38,512 nt of DNA from Candidatus Omnitrophota bacterium. GTDB taxonomy: Bacteria > Omnitrophota > Gorgyraeia > 2-02-FULL-51-18. Below the pieces are notes generated by a model. The model ran no database searches. It was not told the DNA's origin and worked only from the letters and a program-made list of their open reading frames with translations. This document shows positions 23,455 to 32,858 of the stretch, piece after piece (positions within the stretch are counted from its first letter, which is position 1; each line of letters begins with the position of its first letter). The stretch lies in assembly GCA_023247935.1 (NCBI GenBank), contig JAHFFM010000001.1, forward strand, positions 19,353 through 57,864, written 5' to 3'. A program made the translations under genes and the position numbers.

Positions 23455-24800
23455 CGAGCGCGTTTTTTATCCCAAAAACGTAAACGATTGAGAACCGTTC
23501 CCTTGTATTTCTGCAATATGTACTTATTAAGAAAAACGCAAAATACCAGCGAGGAGGCTACCGTCCCCGCCACCTCGATTAGCGATCCTCCGGCTTGGAT
23601 AAATCCCATCCCTGATAAAAACCAGAAGGAGAAGCCCGGCCAATCACCCTCCTTGAGCCGAAGCCCCGACATCAAATCAAACATGGCAACCAATATCCCG
23701 TAAATAGCGAATCCGACGCAAACCCCTGCTTTTCCAAAATTAATATAAAACTCCATCACCTGTCCCACGCCAATGCTTGTGCCCTGGGCAAATTCAATAC
23801 CGGTGTAATCAGAAACAATGGTTCCGCTACCACCATAAAACGGCTTGTCAGGCCAAATAATTCGAGGAATCACCGCTAACAACGCGTCCGAGATGGTCTG
23901 GCCATGCGCCAAATCCACGGCTCCTTGCGCAATATAATCCATCGACTTACCAACCAAAAAGTTTTGGTTCAGGCGCGAATCAATTCTTTCCAGATGTTGT
24001 TCATTGTGAATATCCAAAAATTCAAAATCTGTGAATATTTTTGAAAACTTTTCCATCTTTTGAAATAAGGTTTGTTTTTCATACCAGATGGCTTGGCGCA
24101 AATCTCCTCGCTCACGCATATAGGTCACAAAAAGTGAGAGGCTTAAATAAAGCACGATCACGGAGGCCGTCCACACCTTCCATTTCGGCCGATAAAACGT
24201 GCCAAAGAATATGAAGCAAACGGCGACGGCGGCAGCACCAAAACCTAAAAATCCGCTACCCACCACGGTGATCACCGGCAAAATTAAGGCCAAGGCAAGC
24301 CATCTCAACACCTTTTTTCGTCCATTCAACCACGCCCGCCAGGTGAATAAACAAATACTGATGACAAGCAGGGACCACCCCGCGCCGACAAATGTCGCGA
24401 AACTCGGAATTCGCGAAAGAACCGGTCTTAGCACATAAAAAAATAAAATACCGGTCACTCCATAAACAAAAGGCAAATTGTTGTTGGGTTTGAGCATCTT
24501 GGTTGGCTTGAATGACACTTGAAATGTTTTTAGAGTCAAAGGTAGCGAAACAGCGCCGATTCCAAAAAAGATTACCGCATACGTGCTCATCTCAAAACCT
24601 CTGGCGACTGATTCGGGATCCGGAAAGTTAGCCCAAGGAAAGGTGTAAATCAAACCTCCAAAGAAGTGGTTGATCATCAAACTTGTGATGTAGGCGAAAA
24701 CCAGGCCTGAGTTTGGCATGGAAGTTTTTTTGAACACGACCAAACAAATAAAAATGACGATCGGCCACGCGTATAAGCCTGTCTGGATATCAAATGTCAT
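23451..24800 (-). CDS. Wzy-type oligosaccharide repeat-unit polymerase / O-antigen-ligase-like membrane protein
   Basis: 449 aa, about 10-12 TM. Has one large loop (RERGDLRQAIWYEK...HLERIDSRLNQNFLVG...AVIPRIIWPDKP), and a PR..WP.KP-type motif followed by further TM helices is typical of Wzy/Wzy_C proteins. Confidence 0.55.
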   Translation of the reverse strand: MTFDIQTGLYAWPIVIFICLVVFKKTSMPNSGLVFAYITSLMINHFFGGLIYTFPWANFPDPESVARGFEMSTYAVIFFGIGAVSLPLTLKTFQVSFKPTKMLKPNNNLPFVYGVTGILFFYVLRPVLSRIPSFATFVGAGWSLLVISICLFTWRAWLNGRKKVLRWLALALILPVITVVGSGFLGFGAAAVAVCFIFFGTFYRPKWKVWTASVIVLYLSLSLFVTYMRERGDLRQAIWYEKQTLFQKMEKFSKIFTDFEFLDIHNEQHLERIDSRLNQNFLVGKSMDYIAQGAVDLAHGQTISDALLAVIPRIIWPDKPFYGGSGTIVSDYTGIEFAQGTSIGVGQVMEFYINFGKAGVCVGFAIYGILVAMFDLMSGLRLKEGDWPGFSFWFLSGMGFIQAGGSLIEVAGTVASSLVFCVFLNKYILQKYKGTVLNRLRFWDKKRAR

Positions 24801-25978
24801 CTCAGCTCCCTCATGGAATTTTCACAAATCTTTCTAAAATCCTCCGCTACCTGGCTCCAACTCCTCGGCTCAAAATCATGATAAACCTGGTCGCACATCT
24901 GGGCTAACTCTTTTCGATGAGCGTCACACCAGCGAAGACGCTCAATAAACGCTTTTGGATCGCGTATCGACACTACCCAGCCCGACCGCTCTTCTGAAAT
25001 AATATCGGGCGCGCAACTATTGGTCGTCGCGATAATCGGCAAACCGGCGGTTTGAGCTTGAGACAAAACCACCGCGTATCCATCCTCTAATGTAGGGAAT
25101 ATAAACAAATCCCCCCGATCATAAAACTTTGGCAAATCGAGTTCGTTCTTCCGCCCCTCAAACCGGACATGAGTTAATTTTGAAGCCAATCGCGTCGCTT
25201 CATTGGGAATATCCCCGACAAATTGAAATTCAAACTCCTCTTTCAATTGAGTGGCTATTTCAGAATAATCTTGGGCGCCCTTTCTATAAGAAAAACTGCC
25301 CACCGTTAAAATTCGGAGTTTCTTTTGATGGAGAATGCGCTTTTGACGCTCCCGGATCACTTCGATAGCGGGTCTAAAATTTTGTACATTCGCGCCGAGC
25401 GCCAAAACAGTGAGCTTCTCTTTAGGATAGGCGTTTTCGATAAAAGATCTCTGCGCAAAAGTCGACAAAACCAGCATCTTGTCCGCCAACGCGTATTCTC
25501 TTAACTCTCTTTGAATCATCCAATCCGACGGCCTTTCGATCGCAACACCCGATCGGCGCTCTTCCTCCGACAAAATTTTCGATTGCGTCAAAATATGAGC
25601 GGATCCTCTGACCAATAATTTTACCCGCGCCTCGAGGTTGGGATTCATCAATATTTCTTCCGCCACACCGCTAAAAACATGAACAACGTCCCACGTTTCT
25701 TTTTGCAGTTGGCGACTGACCCAGCTAGAAAAAAGCCGGTGTAAAAACGGTTCTGCCTTGAAATAAAACGCAGGGATCGGTTTTAAAAAAAAATGAGCCA
25801 CTCTCGCTAAAAGGCCGTGCAAAACAAAGCTCTTTACGATTCTTCCGGACAGACCAAATCGTTTGGTGACCATCTTTGGATAATTGGTGTAAACAGAGAT
25901 CTCATCCCCTTGCTCCGCCAAAGCCTTCGCGAGCGCAAACGCGTGAAACCGGCCATGCACCACAATCGCTATCTTCAT
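24797..25978 (-). CDS. GT-B glycosyltransferase, family GT4-like
   Basis: 393 aa. MKIAIVVHGRFHAFALAKALAEQGDEISVYTNYP N-terminus and C-terminal FIFPTLEDGYAVVLSQAQTAGLPIIATT (E..........E-type donor-binding region). Confidence 0.75.
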   Translation of the reverse strand: MKIAIVVHGRFHAFALAKALAEQGDEISVYTNYPKMVTKRFGLSGRIVKSFVLHGLLARVAHFFLKPIPAFYFKAEPFLHRLFSSWVSRQLQKETWDVVHVFSGVAEEILMNPNLEARVKLLVRGSAHILTQSKILSEEERRSGVAIERPSDWMIQRELREYALADKMLVLSTFAQRSFIENAYPKEKLTVLALGANVQNFRPAIEVIRERQKRILHQKKLRILTVGSFSYRKGAQDYSEIATQLKEEFEFQFVGDIPNEATRLASKLTHVRFEGRKNELDLPKFYDRGDLFIFPTLEDGYAVVLSQAQTAGLPIIATTNSCAPDIISEERSGWVVSIRDPKAFIERLRWCDAHRKELAQMCDQVYHDFEPRSWSQVAEDFRKICENSMRELR

Positions 25979-25988
25979 CGGATAGATC

Positions 25989-27254
25989 TCACGAGATGGG
26001 ATCCCGTTTTTCGAGCTTCAAAAATAATAAAAATAACCCTAATAAAATAAGTCGATACGTGATGCTAAACCATTTGTAGGGCGTGTCAAACGTAAGTTCC
26101 TCCAAAGAGGCTCGATAGAAAAACAGATACACCTTTGAGGCGTCGACAAACCACACCGCGAGGCCAAAAATCATTAAAATTATTTTTTTAAAATCTATTT
26201 TCTCTAAAATAATCCACTGATTCATCACAAACGCCGCGGGAATAATTAAAAGCACGGTATCGTGAGTGGAGTGGTAGACGGCCAATAAACAAAAGAGCAT
26301 TAAAATAGATAATCCATAATCGTCCGCAACCAAGTGCCTCCGGCGATGCCATGCCAGAGCGCAGATGGCTAGAATGCCTATTAAAAAAATGGAGATCGCC
26401 GCCTGTCCCAGAGCCGTGTGGCCAAAAATAAGAAAAATGACCGGATGTAGCTGCGTCGAACCAAGCCCCGGGAGATCCCCCAATTTGGAGTAAGTCGCCC
26501 ACCAACTCACTTCTTTGAGATAACTTTGCGTCGCCTGCGTTACCAGATGCGGTAGCCTCAAAAAGAACGCTCCCAGATAACACAACAAATAAAAAACCGT
26601 CCATCCAAGAACTTTCCATTGTCGTTTCACGACATAATAAGGAAGCATAAAAATAGTGAGATTAAATTTATGGAAACTCATGGCTAAAAATATTCCCGCG
26701 ATCGAATTTTTCTGCTTCGACAAAAATAAGAGCGAGGTTAAAAAACACGATAGCCAAAATAAAGTGTGCTGACCCAGACCAAGTCCCACCCGCAGTCCCA
26801 TGCCGCCAAGAAATAAAACAGTTAAAAATAAATAATGGCGCCGCTTCCAATGCGGGTACCAAAGACGCCCAAGACACCAGGGAACATAAAAAGCGCACAA
26901 AACATTGAATAAGAGCCACAACAAACGGCAATCACTCCACTCCCAAAAAGAAAAAGGCGCCAAATGCAACAGCGTCACCGGCGAATAAGGCGTGGAGTAC
27001 GCCACGATAAGATTCAGCGGAGGCAATTCTTTGGATTGGGTTAAAAGTTGCCAAGAAGCTCCTGCGGGCGTCAAATAATCTTGATACGGGTTCTGGCCTT
27101 TCAGCCAAAGCTTGGAGGACATAAAAATAAGCGATAAATCTTGGCTTTGTTTGGGCTTGAGGGCATTTTTACAGCCGATGGAGAACGAAAAGGCCGCGTA
27201 AAACGCTAGAGCCGCCAGAAGAACGTAACTGCCTATTTTTTTAGATGATTTCAA
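25989..27254 (-). CDS. Polytopic membrane protein, DUF2029/GT87-like (GT-C-type polyprenyl-phosphate-sugar-dependent transferase, putative)
   Basis: 421 aa, more than 10 TM. The early loop SKLWLKGQNPYQDY resembles the G..PY motif of PimE/GT87-like proteins. TTG start 27252-27254 is preceded by GAGG; no nearby in-frame ATG. Confidence 0.45.
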   Translation of the reverse strand: MKSSKKIGSYVLLAALAFYAAFSFSIGCKNALKPKQSQDLSLIFMSSKLWLKGQNPYQDYLTPAGASWQLLTQSKELPPLNLIVAYSTPYSPVTLLHLAPFSFWEWSDCRLLWLLFNVLCAFYVPWCLGRLWYPHWKRRHYLFLTVLFLGGMGLRVGLGLGQHTLFWLSCFLTSLLFLSKQKNSIAGIFLAMSFHKFNLTIFMLPYYVVKRQWKVLGWTVFYLLCYLGAFFLRLPHLVTQATQSYLKEVSWWATYSKLGDLPGLGSTQLHPVIFLIFGHTALGQAAISIFLIGILAICALAWHRRRHLVADDYGLSILMLFCLLAVYHSTHDTVLLIIPAAFVMNQWIILEKIDFKKIILMIFGLAVWFVDASKVYLFFYRASLEELTFDTPYKWFSITYRLILLGLFLLFLKLEKRDPIS

Positions 27255-27260
27255 ATAACC

Positions 27261-28982
27261 TCAGCCGGCATCGCCGTCGTTCTTTAACCGGAACTGCTTG
27301 GATGTGAACCAGCCTATCCTGTGAAAAAAATAACGGCACATCACGCTAATGATTCCGAGCCCGTAACGAATGCTCGGCCAGAGCCTGATCGAAGAAGCTT
27401 CTTCAAAGTAACGTGTCCGTATCGGAACTTCGTCGATTCGAAAACGATTGGCCAGGATTTGAACAATAATTTCCGTGTCAAAAACAAACGCGTCGGAATT
27501 GAGCGAATAAGAAATTTGTTTCAGTAGGGTCGCGCTATACGCCCTGAAACCGGAGTGATACTCCGTCAAATAGGTGCCCAACACCACATTCTCGAAAGCC
27601 GTTAGTAAAATGTTGGCGTTGTGCTTCCAAAGAGGCATTCCTCCCTCCAGAGCGCCCCCCTTCATCATGCGGGATCCAAAAACAGCGTCTGCTTTTCCCT
27701 GTAGGATCGGCAAGACAAGCTCAGGAATAATGGTCGGATCATACTGATAATCCGGGTGAACCATCACCACAATGTCCGCTCCCTTTTCCAGCGCCCTGTC
27801 ATAACAAGTTTTTTGATTTCCACCATAACCCTTATTTTTTTTATGCTGATAGACAGTCAGCCCCAATTCCTTGGCGATTTTGACCGTTTTATCGCGACTG
27901 ACATCATCCACCAGAATAATTTCGTCGACGATGTCTTTGGGGATATCCGCGACGGTTCTTTCCAGTGTTTTTTCAGCATTGTAAGCCGGGAGCACCACGA
28001 CTACTTTTTTCTTTTCAACCGGCGACGAAGGAATTTCCCCGGAAGTGATCACGGTATCCAGGCGTTGGATCTTTTTCGCGGTCACTCCGATTTGATCATG
28101 CAAATTGATCTTGAGAAGGAAATCCTTGGCTCCCATTTTTAATAAAAAACTAAAAGGCGCGCGAACAAACCAGGGGTAGCCTTCGAGTCTTTTGACCCAA
28201 TACCCCAGAGAAAAAATACGCGGATAAGCGCTGTACCGGATTTTTTTGAACCCCACCACCTCAAACATCTGCTCCATTGTTTTTCTGGAAAAATAGAAAA
28301 GGTGGTATTTATTGACTCCCCACCAGCGCGCTCTCAAAAAACGGCTTAAAAAACTTCCGATATCAGGCGTGCTGAGATACAAGATCCCGTCATTTTTTAA
28401 AATCCGGCGAATCTCCTGAAGCATTTCTTTGGGATTTTCCAAATGCTCGATCACGTCATTCATGACAATCCGGTCAAAAAAATTATTGGGAAACTTCGCC
28501 TCCTTGAGAGAACCCGTAAAAACATCGATACCAAAATGATCGTGGCTGTATTTCTTAGCCCACTCCGAAAGGTCAACTCCCCTCACCTGCCACCCAGCCT
28601 TTTTAGCCTCATCCAAGAAAAATCCTGGGCCGCATCCGATATCCAGCAATTGCCCGCCTGGTTTTTTTGGGAAATTCGAAAGAATCATCCGCGCCTGAGC
28701 CCTGCGTCCTTTTTCTTCCTTCAGATATTCGGGATCCGCCATCGTCTTGTAATCATGAACCAATTCTTCCTTCTGAAAACCGGGAATCGCATAGATCAGT
28801 CCGCAAACCATACAGCGCACCACTTTTTCGGGTTTTTCCAATTCAGACTCTGAAATCGTATACCCGGCCGGAGAAGCGGGACGCGGCTTTTGCGAGGAGC
28901 TTTGTTTGTAGACCAAATAATAACGGGAAGATCCGCAAAGATCGCACACCGTTTTTGAAAATTTTTGATTTTTTGATTTCAT
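27261..28982 (-). CDS. Fusion: Zn-ribbon plus class I SAM-dependent methyltransferase (N-terminal) and DPM1-like GT2 polyprenyl-phosphate glycosyltransferase (C-terminal)
   Basis: 573 aa. CDLCGS...CMVCG ribbon, LLDIGCGPGFF SAM motif I, and ILKNDGILYLSTPD. Then VVVVLPAYNAEKTLERTVADIP..DEIILVDDVSRDKTVKIAKELG, KNKGYGGNQKT, VMVHPDYQYDP, GSRM, and YHSGFRAY. Confidence 0.8.
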   Translation of the reverse strand: MKSKNQKFSKTVCDLCGSSRYYLVYKQSSSQKPRPASPAGYTISESELEKPEKVVRCMVCGLIYAIPGFQKEELVHDYKTMADPEYLKEEKGRRAQARMILSNFPKKPGGQLLDIGCGPGFFLDEAKKAGWQVRGVDLSEWAKKYSHDHFGIDVFTGSLKEAKFPNNFFDRIVMNDVIEHLENPKEMLQEIRRILKNDGILYLSTPDIGSFLSRFLRARWWGVNKYHLFYFSRKTMEQMFEVVGFKKIRYSAYPRIFSLGYWVKRLEGYPWFVRAPFSFLLKMGAKDFLLKINLHDQIGVTAKKIQRLDTVITSGEIPSSPVEKKKVVVVLPAYNAEKTLERTVADIPKDIVDEIILVDDVSRDKTVKIAKELGLTVYQHKKNKGYGGNQKTCYDRALEKGADIVVMVHPDYQYDPTIIPELVLPILQGKADAVFGSRMMKGGALEGGMPLWKHNANILLTAFENVVLGTYLTEYHSGFRAYSATLLKQISYSLNSDAFVFDTEIIVQILANRFRIDEVPIRTRYFEEASSIRLWPSIRYGLGIISVMCRYFFHRIGWFTSKQFRLKNDGDAG

Positions 28983-28984
28983 GT

Positions 28985-30004
28985 TTAAGACGCCCTCAGC
29001 GCTAGATCCAGCATCGTGATCAACCGGTCTTGATAGCTATTCTTCCCTTCAACAACGATTCGATAAGCCCGTTCCGATAAACGCTCTCTGAGAGGCGGAT
29101 TGTTCAGAAGGCGCCGGATTTTCTCCATCATTTCGTCTACCGACTTAAAATAAAGCACCGCCTCGCCTTCCTCCCCAAAAATTTCCCGGTGTTCCACCGT
29201 GTCCTCGGTTAACATACATCCTCGCATCGCGGGAATCTCGAAACTTCTCATCACATGCCCATCACGATTGGCGCGTCTGACCAGGCACAGCGAAATTTTA
29301 GCGGCAGCGATCACTTGCCTCATCTTTGACATGCCAATCTGGCCTTTGCTTCGCCCCCGCAATCCCTTGAATCGATCCCAAAAAGACCCATACAGATCAA
29401 ATCGAAAGCCGGAGCCCACCAGAGCCCTAATATAAGGAAGTCTATCGCTATCGGCACTCCCAATGAAAGTGATATCTGCGCCGGAAACGTCTTTATTCGC
29501 CTCATTCATCGCCGGATCCGGGTAATACAATTCAGGATCATACCCAAAAGGCAGATAAGAGACAGCCTGACAGCCCGCCGCTTTAAAATCAGCTAGATTC
29601 GATTTGCGTGTTGAAAAAAGATAGTCGTATTCTTTAAGGCCACGAATAAACCAGGACGCCTGATGCGCCGGATTCCAGGGATCATCCGTAGAATAATTGA
29701 GCCGCTTGATTCCTAGCTCCCCGATCCGTTTTAAAACATCGGCCTCAACCGGCGCCGTGCCGGTCGTAATCAAGCATTCCGGTTGAAAGCGACGACAGGC
29801 TTCCAGAGTCTGCCAGCTAAATTGTTTCAATCGAAAAGGCCTTTTTTGAAATAAATGCCAATAAAGTCGCTGAATCCACTTGGGGGCTTCCATAGCCTTG
29901 AAAGCATCCAAAAAGAGAATGTCATGCCCGAGATTTTTGGCGGCTCGCTCGATGGAACCGCCCACATTCGACCCGTCGCGATTTCCGACGATCACTAATT
30001 TCAT
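28985..30004 (-). CDS. CgeB-like / DUF3880-type GT-B glycosyltransferase
   Basis: 339 aa. MKLVIVGNRDGSNVGGSIERAAKNLGHDILFLD and the C-terminal MRSFEIPAMRGCMLTEDTVEHREIFGEEGEAVLYFKSVDEMMEKIRRLLNNP pattern typical of CgeB-family proteins. Confidence 0.6.
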   Translation of the reverse strand: MKLVIVGNRDGSNVGGSIERAAKNLGHDILFLDAFKAMEAPKWIQRLYWHLFQKRPFRLKQFSWQTLEACRRFQPECLITTGTAPVEADVLKRIGELGIKRLNYSTDDPWNPAHQASWFIRGLKEYDYLFSTRKSNLADFKAAGCQAVSYLPFGYDPELYYPDPAMNEANKDVSGADITFIGSADSDRLPYIRALVGSGFRFDLYGSFWDRFKGLRGRSKGQIGMSKMRQVIAAAKISLCLVRRANRDGHVMRSFEIPAMRGCMLTEDTVEHREIFGEEGEAVLYFKSVDEMMEKIRRLLNNPPLRERLSERAYRIVVEGKNSYQDRLITMLDLALRAS

Positions 30005-30630
30005 TTTATGGCTTCCACGTGTAGGGAATCTTCGGGCCGACTGTCTAAAGAAAATAATTCCTTATCCGATCCTTCCCTGTAATTTTGCCGAGTTACCTTG
30101 GAAAAACCGATTTGTTTAAAAAGTTCATGAAGGGTCGGCCAATCATACATATAAGAATGAAACGCGCCGCTTCTTTTTTTATTAAAATAAGCGCCATAAA
30201 GATTAAAAAGAAGCTCGTCATGAGGTTCACGCCCCACACTTTCACCCGACGCTGTTTTTTCAAGGTATCGTCGGCAGTGATACGCCAGATCAGGCACCAC
30301 CAAACGGAAAGTGCCTCCCTTTTTTAAAACCCGGAAACATTCTTTTAGAAGATTTTCGCCAGTGGAACGCTCCATGTGTTCAAGCATGTGAGAACTATAA
30401 ATTTTACTCACGGATCCTTCGGGGTAACCTAATCTCCCCGAAAGATCGCGTCTTTCGACGTTTTTAGGCCACACGGCCTCATAGGAGTCTTTGCTAATAA
30501 CGCCCGTCTTCCACAAGAGCCGACGAATCCGCGGCCATCGGGAGATGATGGCTGACCAAGAATTGTCGATATTCACCCAGTCAGGGTATCCTGTTTGCCC
30601 GCATCCCAAATTCAGCTTAATTTCTTTCAT
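30001..30630 (-). CDS. Class I SAM-dependent methyltransferase
   Basis: 209 aa. LNLGCGQTGYPDWVNID (motif I variant), SSHMLEH, and VLKKGGTFRLVVPD. Confidence 0.7.
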   Translation of the reverse strand: MKEIKLNLGCGQTGYPDWVNIDNSWSAIISRWPRIRRLLWKTGVISKDSYEAVWPKNVERRDLSGRLGYPEGSVSKIYSSHMLEHMERSTGENLLKECFRVLKKGGTFRLVVPDLAYHCRRYLEKTASGESVGREPHDELLFNLYGAYFNKKRSGAFHSYMYDWPTLHELFKQIGFSKVTRQNYREGSDKELFSLDSRPEDSLHVEAIK

Positions 30631-30632
30631 AG

Positions 30633-31691
30633 TTATCTGCCTTTCGCGAATGATTTTGCGATGGAATACAATTTTGGGTACAAAGCAAAAAAAACTTTAC
30701 CGGGCGCCACCAAACAAAATAGCGTAATAACAGAGTAACACAGCAAAAGCCTGGTTCTGAGCCAAAAACCTATCCGGATGCCTTTAAAAATATTTCTGGG
30801 ACGCATTCCCAGACAAATCCCGACCGCGTACTTCCAAGACTGGATGCGACGATATTCAAATATCCAGTAAGAATACGTAAAAATTAAAAACTGACTTAAA
30901 ATATCTCCCACCAAGCGTTCACGTTCGCCGCCTGAAACAAAAGGCTCGATCGCGTCAACCGTCACGCGTCCAAATAAATTCAGAGGAATCGTGCGCTCCT
31001 CAATCGGGCACGGATCTAGCTTAGGCCGGCTCCGATAACTGTCCACGTCTTCATTTGAAATTTTAATCCCTTCTCGTATAGCGACTTTATCGATGCCTAA
31101 TAAAGGGAGGCCTTCGGCGATCATCCGGCACCCGATAAACATCTGATACATCTCACTGCCATCCCAGCGAGAAGTGGCATGTGCCTGGGCTCGTGAAGTT
31201 AAAAGCAAAACTCCGCTTACAAAACTAAAATTTCTAAAATGCTTTGCGGCGACAGCGGGTCCTGATCCCAAAAGACCGGATTGCCGGATCCGGCGAAGCG
31301 GAACTCCCGTGGAAAAACTCTCGTAATTAGTGATCACCACACCGGCCGACGGGTTTTTTTGAATTTCGGCATAAATTTCTTCTAACACCGTCGGCGTCGC
31401 CAACGCGTCGTCATTACCCAGTAAAAATGAGTAGCGGCCTGAGGCCATCGATAAACTGGTTCTGAGATTGACATCGTAACGAACATTTTTTTCCTGTTTT
31501 TTGTAAACAAAACGCATCCCGGAAGCCTTTAAAAAAGAAAGGAGCGCTTCCTCTTTATTGTCATTCGAACAATCATCAGAAATGCACAATTCAAAATCTT
31601 TAAAAGTCTGCATCGACAGAGAACGGCAGGCCTCAATCAAAAAAGAAGTGCGATTGTACTGCGGAACACAGATTGAGAAATAGGGTGTCAT
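30633..31691 (-). CDS. GT-A glycosyltransferase, family GT2, with C-terminal membrane helices
   Basis: 352 aa. FSICVPQYNRTSFLIEACRSLSMQTFKDFELCISDDCSNDN, LLGNDDA, and a hydrophobic C-terminus (FWLRTRLLLCYSVITLFCLVAPG). Confidence 0.8.
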   Translation of the reverse strand: MTPYFSICVPQYNRTSFLIEACRSLSMQTFKDFELCISDDCSNDNKEEALLSFLKASGMRFVYKKQEKNVRYDVNLRTSLSMASGRYSFLLGNDDALATPTVLEEIYAEIQKNPSAGVVITNYESFSTGVPLRRIRQSGLLGSGPAVAAKHFRNFSFVSGVLLLTSRAQAHATSRWDGSEMYQMFIGCRMIAEGLPLLGIDKVAIREGIKISNEDVDSYRSRPKLDPCPIEERTIPLNLFGRVTVDAIEPFVSGGERERLVGDILSQFLIFTYSYWIFEYRRIQSWKYAVGICLGMRPRNIFKGIRIGFWLRTRLLLCYSVITLFCLVAPGKVFFALYPKLYSIAKSFAKGR

Positions 31692-32854
31692 CTTGAACCG
31701 ATGCTTTCTAAAGCCTCTAAGACCGGTTTAAATTGGCTGTCATAATTCCAATCTTCCGCTATTTTTTGGTGACCCTTTCGCCCCATTTCCTGAGCGTCTT
31801 TCGGATGCTCGACAAACCATCGAATCGCCTGAGCGATGCTCGCCGGGTCATCCGAGTCGCAAAACTGTCCGTAACCGGGACTGACGAACATCGCTTTCCA
31901 ATCTTCGAGATTCGACACCAAGACCGGCAGTCCGCAAGCCAGATAATCAAATACTTTGTTTGACGCTCCTGTCATATTTTGAATATTAAAATCGTCGCTT
32001 TTCTTAGGTAAAAAGATAATGCCTGCATGCGACCGGAGAGTTTGCTGAAAAAGATCGCGCCGAGTCGGAACGCATCCGATAATATCGAGTCGGTCTTGAA
32101 GCCCTTTTGCTTTGGCGTGATTAAGAAACGTCTGGGTATACCCTAAGGCGCCGACCGTCTCATACCCAACAAGACGAATGCCAACTTGACTCGGAAGGAG
32201 TTCCAGCGCGTTTAAAACCGACAAAGGAAATCTTTCCGGAACAATGGAACCATGGTATAAAACCCAAAAAAAACTTTCATTTCTATCGGCGGAAGTAACA
32301 GGAATTTCGTTTAGAGCCGGGCAATTCCAGACACAAAAAATGTTTTTGTTTGATTCTCTGATATTCTGAAATGCCTCCAAGCGTTTTTGATTTGGAAGAA
32401 CACAAAAGTCAGCGCGCTTGGCAAGTTGTTTTCGAGTCCAAATAATGCTCTTAAGATAAATTGAGTTTTGTTGCCTAAGATTATCGACATCCGGAGAATC
32501 GTGTTCGTGATACAACACTTTGATCCAAGGGACATAGCTTAAAACCCAGCCAATGGGACAAGACAGAGAATCCGAACAATAAACGACCGTTGCCCTCCAA
32601 AAAATAGACAAAAGCGTCACCCCCAAGCAAAAGAGACCGTAGTGCGCTTTTTGAAAAAAACCGGGTCGGCAAAATGGAATTTTCGTGTTTTTAATTTTTG
32701 GATGGCTGATAAACTCCGTTTTATTTTTCCCAAAAGTTCCCGTCCCTATAAACCAGACTCTCCAGCCTTTGCCGGCAAGAATCTGCGAACTATTCCCCAG
32801 GGAGGGATAGTTGGCGGGATTGGTGTATTGAATATAGAGAATGCGCTTTCCCAT
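31688..32854 (-). CDS. GT-B glycosyltransferase, GT4-like
   Basis: 388 aa from ATG 32852-32854 (MGKRILYIQYTNPANYPSLGNSSQILAGKGWRV). C-terminal SNKVFDYLACGLPVLVSN. The track start at 32908 overlaps the upstream gene. Confidence 0.7.
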   Translation of the reverse strand: MGKRILYIQYTNPANYPSLGNSSQILAGKGWRVWFIGTGTFGKNKTEFISHPKIKNTKIPFCRPGFFQKAHYGLFCLGVTLLSIFWRATVVYCSDSLSCPIGWVLSYVPWIKVLYHEHDSPDVDNLRQQNSIYLKSIIWTRKQLAKRADFCVLPNQKRLEAFQNIRESNKNIFCVWNCPALNEIPVTSADRNESFFWVLYHGSIVPERFPLSVLNALELLPSQVGIRLVGYETVGALGYTQTFLNHAKAKGLQDRLDIIGCVPTRRDLFQQTLRSHAGIIFLPKKSDDFNIQNMTGASNKVFDYLACGLPVLVSNLEDWKAMFVSPGYGQFCDSDDPASIAQAIRWFVEHPKDAQEMGRKGHQKIAEDWNYDSQFKPVLEALESIGSR

Positions 32855-32858
32855 GGGT

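Noticed and set aside
25785-25793. A9 homopolymer, and several A8/T8 tracts (for example 6093-6100, 8263-8270, 17568-17575, 19289-19296, 36523-36530, 37061-37068), as potential phase-variation sites
   Set aside because: Tracts of 8-9 A/T are expected in AT-leaning, Lys/Phe-rich coding sequence. They are scattered over many genes and are short for efficient slippage. There is no specific support.
26188-26931. Same-strand alternative-frame ORFs (143 aa and 87 aa) inside the DUF2029-like gene
   Set aside because: They are fully nested in a longer ORF with coherent TM-helix periodicity. Their translations lack features, and there is no sign of a frameshift in the main frame.
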